Under the pieces are notes generated by a model, which saw only the letters and a program-made list of their open reading frames with translations, had not been told where the DNA came from and did no database searches. From assembly GCA_951406725.2 (NCBI GenBank), contig OX597825.1:49848001-49912000 (forward strand): 64,000 nucleotides of DNA, read 5' to 3'. Within the stretch, counting starts at the first letter, position 1; every line of letters starts with the position of its first letter. The stretch comes from Octopus vulgaris (Eukaryota). The position numbers and the translations under genes were made by a program. This document shows, piece by piece, positions 39,030-53,154 of this stretch.

Positions 39030-41636
39030 GAACACTCATACGATATTGCCATCAAACTATAAGAACATTAGTGTGGTGTCACAAAAATGCATTCGCATAA
39101 GTGTTACCCGAATATATTACTTATATATAGATAACATGTCTTTCTAAATAAGTGAATGAAGTGCGGTTCGTTTGATTTCCGAGTTTCACATTATTCCTAT
39201 TTAAATCGACTCACTTAGGTGTCTAGACCTTATAGATGTTATACCAGAAAATACTATAGTATTCGGTCGAACTGACCTCAGTATGTGATTTTTGTAACGC
39301 TTTCTAGATATTCTATCGAAATCGCGATTGCTGAAGCGCAATATCACGCGGACATAGAAAGAAAAACCCAATACATTTTTGTCAAACTTTAGTGGCAGAG
39401 AAGTAAAAACACATAGGCGCACACATACGCACACGATGGGCTTCGTTCAGTTCTCGTTTACTTAATCCACTCACGAGAATTTAGTTGCCCGTGGAAGCAT
39501 GTGGTTGGGACGCAAACTTCTCAACAAACAGCCCTGCCAACGCCAAGAATACGTCTCTCCATATTTTAGATTAGTTGAGGTAAAATGTCAACTGAAATTT
39601 TATTTCATTTTAAGAGATGACACAATTATTGTAATATAAGTCTCAAGCATTTACTGTTTTATGTATAGCAATATACCATAATGATGTTTTCATTCAAGGA
39701 CAAAATTCCAAAACATCAAAAGATGGAAGAGTGGGGTGTAAAGACTATCACGCCAAGAAACACAGCAGATTGTTTGCTACACATAACTACAATATTCCTG
39801 AATCTTTAATTGATATTCATCTTCAAACTAGCAGCGATATCTTGCTGTCGTAGTGAAGTGGCTGTATGAAATGACACAAAAACCTACATATAATAAAGAA
39901 ATACATAGTTATTCTTCGCGAGCAAGTAAGATCTAGCAGCAAATGACATGCATTTGTTAATTGTCTTAGATACACACTTGGCTTTCCCACTTCCAACCCA
40001 CTAGACATCAAACAAGACATAGAACGGTTGAGAAAAAGCTGTACTACCACTAGGTTGCTTTTATTTTCAGCTAAGTAGATTGGAAGAGTGGGAAAATGAA
40101 GCGCCATGTTCAAGGACACTATGCGCCACGTGATCTAGAAATTGAACCTTTCATTTCACAATATATGTGATTTATGTCTATGTAAATATATCTGTTCATG
40201 CGTGCGTATGTGTAGGCCCTATGTAGTGGTAATGGTTTAAGTGTAATGAAGTGTAAGATGATGGAAAATACGAGACGGTAAAAGATAATCCACAGGATAT
40301 TCCCAAATGGATCCAGGACATGAGGTTGCGCTGTTGCTAATCTGCCGAAATCAGAATTTTTTGCCACGATGATACCAGCCAAAATCTTTTAGCCAGTCCA
40401 AAAGACTAACACTAGTTTTCCAGAAAAAACATTATACTATATTATTACTGACATTCTTATATTTCTACTTCAACACAACTAATATATTTTCTTGGTGCAT
40501 CTCGTAAATAACTTGCAGGAATATCTGTTTATCACTCGACACAGTGCGGTAGATGAATAAGATGATTATGTTTAGTGTTTCCTAATTGAAGAATGTTGTT
40601 TCACCCGCGGCCGTAAAATTTTGTCGCTTATAAGATTTACGCCAAGCGGTTACATAAAAGGCACACAAAAGCATTTGTATGTATATGAATATACACATAC
40701 ATATATTTGTGTGTGTATGTATATATATATATATATATATAATCAATAAAAATATGTAGAAATATATTTTTACATATTATTACGTCTCTTTAACTCCGAA
40801 ATGCGTATATAGTTAATCAAAGCCGGGTGGATTCGTTATTCTTTCCTCTTTACCTGCGTGAATTGAAGAGTATTGCTGTCTGGGAGATATCTTATGGTAG
40901 TAGAATAGTATTTTAACTGCTATTTCTAAATTTCGGTATGTAGTGAAGCAAACTTTGCTGAATCCTAATTGTAATTATGCTCATAATTATAAAATTTTTA
41001 TATATATATATATATATATGGTGGGGGTGGGGGTGTAAGTACTTATGAATATTTGAATATGTAATTAACCTTTGAAGAATCTCCCGTTGCAATAAATGTT
41101 TACTAATCAAACAATGAATGCATATAAACGAAGCATCCCAATACACGCCCTGGTACACTTACAAGAAACGATAAAGAACGTTAGACACTCCATACAAAGA
41201 AGCCATAAGCACTGTGTAAAAAGAAGCAGTGCCAGTGAATGGCATTACCATACGAATCCTTGTCAAATTCGAATTACTTTCCGAATATAAGCATATTAAA
41301 TAGAAGCAAATGAGATAAAATAAGTATACATATTTTTGAGGTCGTCATTTGATACCAGATTGAATACTCCATTACTTCAAAGACATGCATTAGCCGTTCT
41401 CGATTGCCTTCATGTCATGTGACCAAAGATTTTGGTAGCATAATCTCATGCATTCAGAATTGTTTATGTCGTGCATATAAACAGTGACGGATGAAACGCT
41501 TTAATTATAAATCTAATCAAGCAAGAATTAAACAAAGAATCAAAGATGCAAACGTCATTAGAACAAGATTTTCACCCAATATAAAATGTAATCGCTATCT
41601 TAAATGCGACATTTTTGATTTAGCATATTTACACCC

Positions 41637-41687
<51 letters not shown>

Positions 41688-41796
41688 TGTACGTATGTAT
41701 GCATGTATGTATTTATGTATGTATGTATGTATCTATGTATGAATGTATATGTGTATGTATGTATGTATATATATACATATATATGTGTGTATATAT

Positions 41797-41881
<85 letters not shown>

Positions 41882-41934
41882 TATATGTATGTATACATAT
41901 ATATATATATATTATATATCTGTATATATATATA

Positions 41935-41973
<39 letters not shown>

Positions 41974-42169
41974 TTCGATGCATATGTCCATGCGTCTGTT
42001 TCTTTCTCTATACTTAATATGTATACATACACACGCGTGCACACACACACATATATATATGTGAAGGGGTGTGCGTATTTTTGTATTTGTCTGTAGATTA
42101 TAAATGCTAAAACACATTTCAGGTTGCATTTCAAAATGGAAAAGAGACTGCCTCTTTGATGTTAATTGA

Positions 42170-43110
42170 TGCATTTAATCAAAAAGTATTTTATCCTCAT
42201 TTTGTCAAAATGATCCCAACTATTTTGCAAATAGTTGATCCATCAAGTGTAAATTTCTGCAGGTTTCGAAACATAGAAACATCCATCATAAATTTTAACA
42301 TTATCAGAATTAACTGATTTCCCTCAAAATAATGTTACAATGATATCGAAAAACGATAGTCAAATGGATCAAGGTCTGGAAAGTCAGAAGGGTGAAGTTA
42401 AGTGTCTATATGTAGTACCGTCATCGTTTTTTAGTTCAGTAATATAAACTCTTATGCTCTTGCTTTATGTATCATCAATATCCCTTGAAGATTGACCAAC
42501 GGTGGGTTTTTCTGCAAAATTTTGTGCAATGCTCCCAAATGACGATAATATTACACATCACACACGACACATGTAATATCCCAATAAATATAATCATAAT
42601 TCTTTTCATGTGTAGTTCTGATTTGGGGATGGATTCAACTTTTATACTGGATGTTAACCATTGTCGTTTTCATAGCATATGATTGTAGGAAATCTACTTT
42701 CTTCTGATAATTTTGTCCAAGAAGGAGTCAGTAGAACGTCTTTGATTGAACGGACAATCAGTCTGAAGATGAGGGACTCTCTCAAATTTGGAAACTTTCC
42801 TTTTGAGGAAGGTGCTTTATGATCAAAGTGTGACTTGTTTTATTTTTTTACTGCTCAAGAAGTTTTCTTTGGATTTTCTTTGAATACAATTTTCAACTAT
42901 TATTGACTGAACTTTATCGTCCAGATTGAGGAGAATCTGTGAGAAAAAAATCTCCCTGAGCAAAACTGACCGACAAGCGTGGACATTCCTGGAAACGTAA
43001 CATTCATTTTCATAGACAGAACGAATATTTCTTGCCACTTTCATTTGCATCTTCTGAATTCACATAAGATGCAACATTTGAAGAGGATATATCTAAACTT
43101 ATTTAGAAAC
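42170..43110 (-). pseudogene. Highly degenerate mariner transposase
   Basis: ARNIRSVY, GDFFLTDSPQSGR and PSDFPDLDPFDY (cf. PYSPDLAPSDY) at ~42360-42395. Confidence 0.7.
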
Positions 43111-44100
43111 GGTAAAATCGAGATAATGTTGAAAACCAGTATGGTATAAAATAAACTGCAGAGAAATTTAAAATCATGATTACCGTAAATATTGAAAAAT
43201 TCCCCCAAAATAATTCATGTAAAAAATGGGACAGTGCTTTCCAATCTAATATATGCATACGATACATATGTGTATATGTGCGTGTAGCATGTGTGAGAGA
43301 CCTATAGCATACATACATACGTGTATATATATATATATAGTGGAGAAAGCCACTTATTAATCAGATATCAGTTACTAAAAGTACTAAAAGAAAGCAATTA
43401 TTAAAGGGTTGACCGTCTGCGAATATTTTTATAAATCCATGTTCTAAGAAATTTCCTATAATTTCTATTTCTCAAGTTTCTCAAATCTTTAAAATTCCAA
43501 TTTCTCGAAAAATTAAATATTCATTGCATTCAATGCGTCCAATTCACAAATTTAAATATTTATTGCATTCACTACGGCACATTCCATTCGCATTTGAAAA
43601 GTCCCTCACTTTCTCTTTTAAGTTTTTATTCGCTATTTGTAAAACTGACAGTATACGTAATTTATTATTTATCATTCTATTAATGTATACGTAATTTATC
43701 ATTTAATGAAGGAAAAGGTTTAAAATACCCGTATAATTTTTGAACAAGGTATAGCTGTGAGAAGAGCATAGAAGGATGGGTAATTACTATTAGAAGACGA
43801 GGAGAAAAAATAAACGTTACCGACAAGTACTCGAAACTTGCACCTTATTCACAGTTTCCGATGACTCTCTACCACTAAGCCAATATATACACAAGTTGCA
43901 CGAACGACTTCAACACTGACGCGCACACATAGGCACACATACACACAAATGAAAGGCGTATTTGCTCTTCACCAACAAAACTTCGTGCTGCATTACTTCT
44001 GCGAAGTTTTGTGAGTGAACAAGTTGTGGTTTCAAAGCGAAGAAAATTTTTTGACACATTTGAAATTTTAATTTTGAAGTGAAAAAGGTACTACTTATAT

Positions 44101-44351
44101 ACAGAGATCCCTTAATGGTACTACTTAAAAACAGGTGTTAGGGTTAGAGTTATTTAAATACAGGTGTTACGTACAAAACATTTAAAATGTACGCTGTATG
44201 GACGTGTAATGACACTCTAATCTTAACCCTAGCTAACCCTAAAACTAGCCCTAACCTTAACCCTAAAAAGTAACCCTCCTCTTCATATCGTTACGTAGAT
44301 GCGTCGCGACCTCGTATTTAAGTAGTGTCGTGAAACTAATGGATTCTCTGT
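44101..44351. mobile_element. Short TIR element with degenerate (CCCTAA)n
   Basis: ACAGAGATCC...GGATTCTCTGT termini with mirrored ACTACTTAAA; CCCTAA-like units 44220-44277. Confidence 0.55.
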
Positions 44352-45788
44352 GTTCTTGAATAGCTTAGAAACACCTACGCTGCAATTATTTTTCTTTCAG
44401 CACACAATCTCAGATCAAGTCACTTTCTATGCAAGTACATCTCCGCAAATTTTTAAAATCCCTGTGGATAAACTCTAACAAGGCTCTCCAATATTTTAAT
44501 TTCTAAACAGAAACAATCGGAGTTAGGGAGCTGTGTAGCAAAAATTCATAATTTCTCGAATTTTCTTTTTTGTAGCATATAAATGTTTTTTTTATTACTC
44601 TTGCATCAATACATGGAAGAGTGATAAAAAACGAGAAGGGCCGTCTGTGGATATGTTAGAAACAACAGCCAAATCACTCTTCTTTCTGAAAATATTACCT
44701 TTTCTTTATTTTTTATCGGAAATGCTCTTCTCATCGTTTTGAAGTAAAAAAAAAAAATTGGCAAAATAGGTCCGGAGTGAGATGATGAGGGAGGGGTGTA
44801 GATAAAAAAGTTTACAAAATTTTTAATACAAAAATGCCCCCACCCCACCCGATCATTTCGGAGTCTGTGGTTTTAAAAGAAATTGGAAAATCCCTGAAAA
44901 AATTTTACCCACAAATTTCTTTATAATCGTAATTTATGCTGTTTGAAAGGGATTTGTACAAATTTTCATTAAAAGGAGCCCATCTTCCTGAAAGCTATCA
45001 GGGAAAAAAGTAATATCGTATCGTCTGAATTTTCCCAAACTCCTCTCTCCACCCCCTCGGAAAAATTCTATCTCATATATCCTTATATTATCTGAAGCCA
45101 CAACATCTGCGCGATATTTGTAGCAAATTTTGTTAAAAAGTGTCCATTTTTCTGGATGTCATGAAGCAACGATGTCGGGGGTGTATACATGTGTTGTAAT
45201 GCCCTATTATTTATACGATTTTTCATTTCATGTTTATTTCATTCATTGTTTGCAGTGTTCTATCTGCTCTATTTCTCACTCTCTCTCTCTCTCACTGCAA
45301 AACTTAGAGAAGGGCTGCTGAAATGAAATCTCTGTGCTGGTTTGAGGGGAAAGTAAAACTTGAGAAACCTTCGTTGTTGGACTTTGATGTTTGTTTAAAA
45401 AGGGGAGATTGTGACTGCGGTAAAATAATGAAAGCAATATTTAATAAAGAAGTTAGCACTATTATACAAAGAACCAGTTACACGAAAAGTATAAAAATTG
45501 TTAGAATTGGGAACCAAATGTGAAAATATTATCAAGAGACTAGCATAAAACCACTCCATCACACAGCACGATCTCTCCGTTGATGAGCCCATATATAACT
45601 GTTAAATCCAGCTAGCCAATGACACGGTTTAAAACATAAGTGACAGATATTATACAAATTTCTTCTGCACCTCTTTGTTCTTTGGAATCTGACTCCAAAA
45701 GAATGTTTTTGTGAACTAGCGTATCTCTTTTCAGTCCACATATTATCTTACAAGTTTTGTGACATATTACGCAAGTTGTATGTATATG

Positions 45789-45821
<33 letters not shown>

Positions 45822-46146
45822 ATGTACGATATCATACTGTGATAATTTGTGAACTAAGTTTGCCTTTGAAAAGCTTCTGATATTAAATAAACATATACAA
45901 TATGCAAATTAGTACGTCCACTTCTCTGAAGTTACTGGATTCGATGTGAATATAAACTCGTCTGTTTCTCTCAGGTTGGTCAACTGAAGTACACAACCCT
46001 GATACACACTGCAATAAGGATCGAAATCCATTAAAGAAGTTTATCCCTTTCTGAATCTAAGGAGAAATAAGTAAATTTGCAAGTTTTTCTTCATATCCAC
46101 AGCATAGGTTTGCAAACATACACAAACACGCACACACATTCATACT

Positions 46147-46185
<39 letters not shown>

Positions 46186-47669
46186 GTGTAAATGTATGAA
46201 AATTAACCTTATGTTTTTCGATATTCACAAGGCATTTTCATCACGCTATTTCTACAGGATATTTCTTTAGTATAGTTAACCTTAGGAGTAAAATATATGA
46301 CGACATTTTATTGTATAAAGATTTGTATCTCCAAGACTACAAATATTGAATAGAGTTAAAACGTGTAAGTCCAATCTTCTTATGGATTCTTGATAATTTA
46401 ATCAAAACAATGAGAATATCTCTTTCTCGTCCTCAGTATTACCTATCTTTACGTTTAAACCATCAATCTCTGGACTTCCCTATCCAGTTCAGATACACCA
46501 TATTTGTATACATGTAGCGATCATTGCTAGTATTGACATCAATAACACCAATACGATACCGATACAAGCAATGCTACGACACGTGTAAATTATTCAAGTA
46601 TTCTTCCAAATTCAGTTGGTCTTTACTTTTAGACTAACACGAACATCAGGAAGCTGAAATATAAAAAACATGCAACATGTTTTTAAAGTTCAAAATGTGA
46701 AATTGCTTTTGTTATCTACACTCCACCGTGGAGCTTTGTAGATTTCTTAGACACCATTTCCTTCCTTGACGATAGGCTTGAATAGCTGTGTAATACAAAA
46801 GAAATTATAGAAGTTAAAGCATGTTTATTGAGCAGGTATCATTTTGAGAATGTAGCGTGCTTATATCTATTTTAGAGTAACACGAGAAGTGTTATACGTA
46901 AATTCTAGAAAACAAATTATCATCATGATCTAAATTTTTAAAGGGTATAGATTCTGTTCTCTGTTCTAATGAGCATTCCTCTGAAATTCATGAATTGTTG
47001 CTTATTTTCTACAAAAATATATTAGAGTGCTTGGAAAGAGCATGTTACACAGACACAGACATACACACACGCACACACATATAAAGGGCATACAGGAAAT
47101 AAATTAAGTTATTAAATATATCTTAATATATATTTACAATTTAAACATCATGAACAAGGATAGTTTAAAGCATATTATAACGTTACAAATTTATTTTGAC
47201 AAGGAACTATCGACTGAAAGTAAATTTTAGCACCGTTAGATTCTATATATGTTATTTTCCTGGTCTATTCTGCCAGTACACCAATACTCGCTCATATTCT
47301 CATCCGTACTCAAACACAACTACGTATCACTTTATGCACACGTCTATATGCAAATACACTCTTCAATTAATAAGTGGGTTTCATGTATTAAAGCTATAAA
47401 AAAACCAATGTAAGACAATAGACACGAAATATCAGTGGCTATGAAATTTGTTGAAGATGGTGTAAATGAGATATTATTATATTCTAGCTAGTGGGAGAAG
47501 AGAATATTTCAATTTTCCTATAAGTGTTTTGATGGTAAATATTATTTCATGTGATTCTATTTGGGTATTTTTTCCATCTTATGTCTTGGGTCTTGCGATG
47601 ATATTCCATTATACAGTTCATATTATTATTTACATCTCAAATGAGCCAAGGTAAGGTGGCCTGTATCTC

Positions 47670-47906
47670 TATCTTATTTCTTTATTGCCCACAAGAGGCT
47701 AAACACAGAGGGGACAAACAAGAACAAACAAACGGATTAAGTCGATTATATCGACCCCAGTGCGTAACTGGTACTTATTTAATCAACCCCGAAAGGATGA
47801 AAGGCAAAGTCGACCTCGGCGGAATTTGAACTCAGAACGTAGCGTAAGACGAAATACCACTAAGCATATCGCCCGGCGTGCTAACGTCCCTGCCAGCTTG
47901 CCGCCT
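47670..47906 (-). mobile_element. SINE family A
   Basis: Near-identical to 739-972; CTGTATCTCTATC occurs on both sides. Confidence 0.95.
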
Positions 47907-49125
47907 TCTCTATCTATCTGTATCTCTATCTATCTTTCCGAATGATTGTGTCGTTGATAGCAATGTTTAAATTTATTTGCTGTTAGCTCTATAAACAAAG
48001 TAATAAGTCATACAAGCTTTTCTTTCGCTGAGTAGTCTGTTATAGCTAAATGTTACAGTCAATATATTTGTAAGTCCTATAAGTTAAAAAATTAGCAAAA
48101 TATTACAATAAAAACGTTTATAGGTCCTGTTATTTAAATTGGTATATGTTTTATTAAATGTAAACAAATTATATCATATATATATGTTGGTAAATTTGAG
48201 TGTGTTAATATAAGAATCTTTGGTAGTATTTTGTGAAATATCTAGTGGAGTTTATGAAATGAAGTGAAGTATTTCCTGAAATATTTAAAGAAAACATTTG
48301 TTACACATATTAAAAACGAATTACACGAAGAGAAGCAAACGAGTTACTGCTTTCTGTGATTATTTATTGTATCGAATAGATGTATTTTTGTTATCTTTTC
48401 TTGAATTCACTTTTAGTCATAGTGTTGTTGCAATAAATATCTGAGTTTATGTTTATTGCGCAAAAGAACAATCACGTGCAACCATATGCGTATCTTACAT
48501 AAACCGGAGAGAAGGTGGTATTGTGTGGTATTCAAGCCTCTTCCGAATATATAAACATTACGATTCAAAGGAAATGGAATCAGTAATCGAAACTCATTTC
48601 AGAACTTCGTTGGATGAGATCCAAACAAACTATAGTACAAAACATACCGCTCAGCAACGCACAACTCTCACTTCTATATTGAATATTCGATTAATTTCTG
48701 TGTAAGAATTCAGAAAATCAAATATTTTTATTCAGAGATGGATGCCATCACAGGAATAGGTTTCTTCATCAAAGACATCACGCAATCGATAAAGGATTTT
48801 TATTAAATTCTTTCGAAGTATAGATGTTTTGACAGCTGTTATAATAGAAATAATTAACACCTAGATTTATCTAACAAATCAATGAAGAACGAGGTGATAT
48901 AATAAATATTTACTAAAATAGCAAAGATTCGCTCTGGATATATAATATACTTCTTATCAAAATGAAATTGTAATTATATACTGGATACTGTGTTGCTTTT
49001 CAGAGCAGTGAGCTTGTCTTATGAAAAATATAACGGATGTTACAGCCACATCAGTTTGAAATAAGCTAATACTTTACAATTTCTTGTAAAGCTCCTGCTA
49101 ATGTCCGCTATATATGAACATGGGC

Positions 49126-49250
<125 letters not shown>

Positions 49251-49800
49251 AGATGCAGTACCAGGCAGTGGCTCTCATGGCTTCTGATCTTAACTGATTG
49301 GAAGTGTTATCATGTACATTGTTTTGTCTTGGTATAAAAGATGGGCTACAGCAAATATTCTGCTCAATACAACAGATTTGCTTGTCAGTTGTTTGACCGT
49401 AACCAGTTGAGCATGTCCCTTAGTGGCTGACGATATGTGCATTTCTGATCACGAGCAGAAGTAGTGGGGGAGCATCATAGCCATGTGTTGAGAGGGATTC
49501 TTTGGGGTTTGAATAATTCACATCTGGAAACATGGGTGGTTCTTTCAACATCCTTAAACAACCCTTATTCAGGGACCTTTTGAGCGGGATGGGCCACTCA
49601 ACCTGAAGTAAATTCTAACAGGGCCCCACCTGCAAGGTCATGTGCTGTTTATCCTGATATGAGATCACCATGTCGCGCACATATGGTTGTGATGCATGTG
49701 CCTGGTGTACCCTTATCAGACGGGTAGTCATGATGGGTATATTGGGCTTCGTATATTTTACCCCAGTGTCACTTTGATGACATGAACTGCTCTCTCACTC
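49251..49800 (+). mobile_element. Unclassified ~550 bp non-coding interspersed repeat (copy 2) between (AAT)n tracts
   Basis: Homologous to 441-1088; bounded by (AAT)n on both sides. Confidence 0.8.
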
Positions 49801-49893
<93 letters not shown>

Positions 49894-50229
49894 AAGAAGA
49901 AGAAGAAGAAGAATAACATGAACAACAACAATAATAATAAATTGATTTCTTCTATTTGCCACCAGGGCGAAGGATGAGGGGGACAATACAAAGACGAACA
50001 TAAAGCGTTGGGATAATAGAATGATAAAATAAAAAAAGTATGAACTGTGCAAATTACAAGAAGGGAAGTATACATTGTATATGACACTAGAAAAGTTATT
50101 TTGATGGGATCTTCCTGATGCAGGAGGACATCTAGGGATAATCAAGGAATCCAACCATCCAAGATCACCCTGAATACCAAGGACGGGAGCCCTCTCCATC
50201 TTCCTTCTTCCGACTCACAGATCTATACT

Positions 50230-53154
50230 AAGAGTGGTACCACCCACTCTTTCCATTTTCGAAACATTCACCCACCTTTACATAAATTCACTCGAGGACA
50301 GCACCTCCCTCTCCACCTTCACTTTCCCTTTCAAATGAAAATTGAAAAATTCGATGAGGGCTTTACCAAACAGGAATGTTTCTTTATTTACATTATTTAC
50401 AATTGACAGATATTTGTCCTCATCTTGTTTGTTGTTAACACAACGTTTCGGCTGATAGACCCTCCAGCCATCATCAGCATCGGTTACCAAAGCGAAATGT
50501 CTTTGTCCTCATTACTTTCAGCCTCATTCATCAAACTACCTCTTTCGCCACAGCAACCAGGCAACGGAAAATACTTTGCCAACCCGATTAAAGGAGGGCG
50601 CCGGGGCAATCATCACTATGGATTCGGACGACAAACAGATTCGTCCCACATGCGAAAGCAGCTGTTCGACATAACTCCACAAGTCAGTAATGCCCGGACA
50701 CTGAACAAGTGCGTGTAGAACGTTTTTACCACTCTGCATGCACCTCGGACAAGACCTTTTGACAGCACATCTGTGCATGTAAAGTTTATCTCGAACCGGT
50801 AGCGTTCCTCCGCCTCCGGTACCGCCCCACCGTCCCCGATAGCACTACCGAGCGAAAAATATCTGGATATTATCCATAATGGTACCCGACCGAAAAGTCT
50901 TCCGGACTAGACAGTTCATTTTCGCCAACGTCCATAGTATTAACTAGGTCGTCATCGTGCTTTCCCGCCTCTAATCAAAAATAGATTCCTGAATTGGAAC
51001 ATCCACCGATCCCACTACCCAACTGGTAAATGACAGTGAGCGCATGACGACATTGTAGGTGCCAGGCGCGCATTCTTCATCTATACTTCGTACATGACTG
51101 CAGCTGCGTCAAACAGACTAGTTGCGGAAGCACATGCCTCACAAACGGGGCCCACACACGTTCACTTTCTTGAAACCGCTGGAAGTGGCGTACCCTGAGC
51201 GCATACCTTAGTCGCCACACAGAGGGGGCTGACAGGAGATTTGACCTTCTGACCATTGGAACACGTCCCTTCTACAAGAGCATAAACAAGAGACGCTCCA
51301 GTTGCAAGTCCACCGACTTGTCGGCATTGATTTTAGCCCCAACAACGGATTCATTTTCTTTTAGCATAGAGCCGACCGTCTCCAGCTCGGAGTCGTCCGA
51401 CACTATAGCGGTAACGCCGTCCGCGTATGCAGACACTACTCTTCGGAGTCCCAGTTCGAGAACGATGCCATTCAATTGCTCCAGCTCCCATAGCAGTGGC
51501 TCGAGAGCCAGCACGTTCGGAAGAGGTGACAGGGGGCAGCTTGAGGGCCCGAGCGTACGATGCTAAACGGTTCCGATAGATGGTAATTTACTTCGACCAC
51601 TGAACAGTTTCCGCTGTGCATTGCAGCGATCCAGCCTCTGAAAACGGGTCCAAAACTTTCAGGTAACGATGGTTGACCCTATCGAATGCTTTCGATTGAT
51701 GCAAACTGCCCAGAGCCTCATCGAAGCCAGCTTTAGCCTCAGCCCTCTCTATGATGTATCGCAAAAGGTGGAGTTCGGGGATAGACCTACTCGAGACTGG
51801 CGATTTGTGACTTGTGCAATCGCTCATCGCCTCCGTATTTCAATGGCCGTTATCGGCTTTTCGTAGAACCTCGCAACCATCACTGAGAGCCGCCGTAGGC
51901 CATATGATACGAACCAAAATCTGCTACCGTCGTTGACTCACCTCCCCCTTTAAATAGTTGTGCGAAGGGCTGCTGAAAAGTCGCACACATCTGCTCAGAA
52001 CCATGTAGCACGCACCCGTCCCGATCCGTCAAATACCTAATCCTGGTTTTGTTTCCACGTCGTATCTCCACCATTTGAGCATATCGGACGGCTTTAGTTC
52101 TCTTATATTTTAGCGCACGGTTCTTAGATCTGAGAGCGCAACCTTCGTGTTTCGCCTCAAAGAAATGGTCAAGAGCCATTCTCCTGGCTAACAGGTCAGT
52201 CACGATGCCTTTATTAATCGCCTCTTCTAGTTTGCTAACTAGTTCTCCCTCAAATCTGTTTCTTTCTACAGCTAACTCTTTGCTAAACTATTGATTCTCT
52301 TCTAATCGCCCTTTTCAGACCTATCCACCAGCAGTTGATAACGTTGCCCCGATCAACTGTTCTTAACTAGTTCGCTAACCCGGTCCCTATGTTCTTTGCG
52401 CACTGGAAAGGACGCGTTCAGCTGCCAGTAACCGGGTCCCTGTCTACGCGTTCTGTCTAAATCGACTGTGTAGATCACACATTTATTGTGTGTAGCCGAC
52501 TAATTTGAATTGTGGACATCCTACACTATCCCCATCTGCTTGTTTAAAACATACTCTATGTAGATTGGATCTAGATGACAAATTGTGATTGCTCCATGTC
52601 CATACTGGCACATCGGGTATATCCGATGTATAACTGTCAGAAAGCTGGAAGTTTCTGTGCATATTTTCGAGGGTTTTACACCCACCTCTTCTATGTACTA
52701 AACCCACACAGTCCTTCCACGCGTTCAAAATACTATTCCAGTCCCCCACTAGTGAGTCGTTCCCAGGTATGTGTCTTGACACCTGAAGAAATTTGGCCTC
52801 CCAGCCCCTGTTGGAGCATACACGGCCACCAATCTAACGGTACAACCTTCACCACCATTCACATCTACGACCCCCAACCTACCGCCTGTTTCCAAGAAGA
52901 TTGCCCCTAACTCTGAGACCTAGGTATTTTTGGAATAACGCTGCTACACTGCCGCCCGCTCCCGACAGACCACATGATAAAATTTAACTCGTTTTCTTCG
53001 AAAATGGTTGCAAGAGCATGTCTCCCGGCAATTCTCTTCTCATTAATTGCTGTCACGTCTAAATTTAGGGAGCTGAGATCGTTGAACAGCCGACCCTGCT
53101 TCCAAGCTGAACCCAGGTTCGAACATTTACACCGCCAGCTCTAAGTGTAGCCAT
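50230..53154 (-). pseudogene. Tx1/L1 ORF2 (APE endonuclease, RT, CCHC) pseudogene
   Basis: GVNVR, VAVYAP, LVGDWN, WTWSN, GPGYW, QSKAFDRVNH, VSAYADGV, GAKINADKS, CPRC...LHALVQCP. Confidence 0.9.
50380..50483 (-). ncRNA. Short PLE-like insertion containing a minimal hammerhead ribozyme core
   Basis: Minus: CTGATGA-T-GGCTG(GAGGGTCTAT)CAGCC-GAAAC-GTTGTGTT; flanked by degenerate 17-bp duplication. Confidence 0.55.

Noticed and set aside
38368-39047. CRISPR-like repeat-spacer appearance
   Set aside because: The intervening units are homologous SINEs, repeats are degenerate, no cas genes, eukaryotic context.
45560-45625. TATATA plus CCAAT as a minus-strand promoter
   Set aside because: Short motifs expected by chance in AT-rich DNA; no downstream splice donor or ORF to support it.
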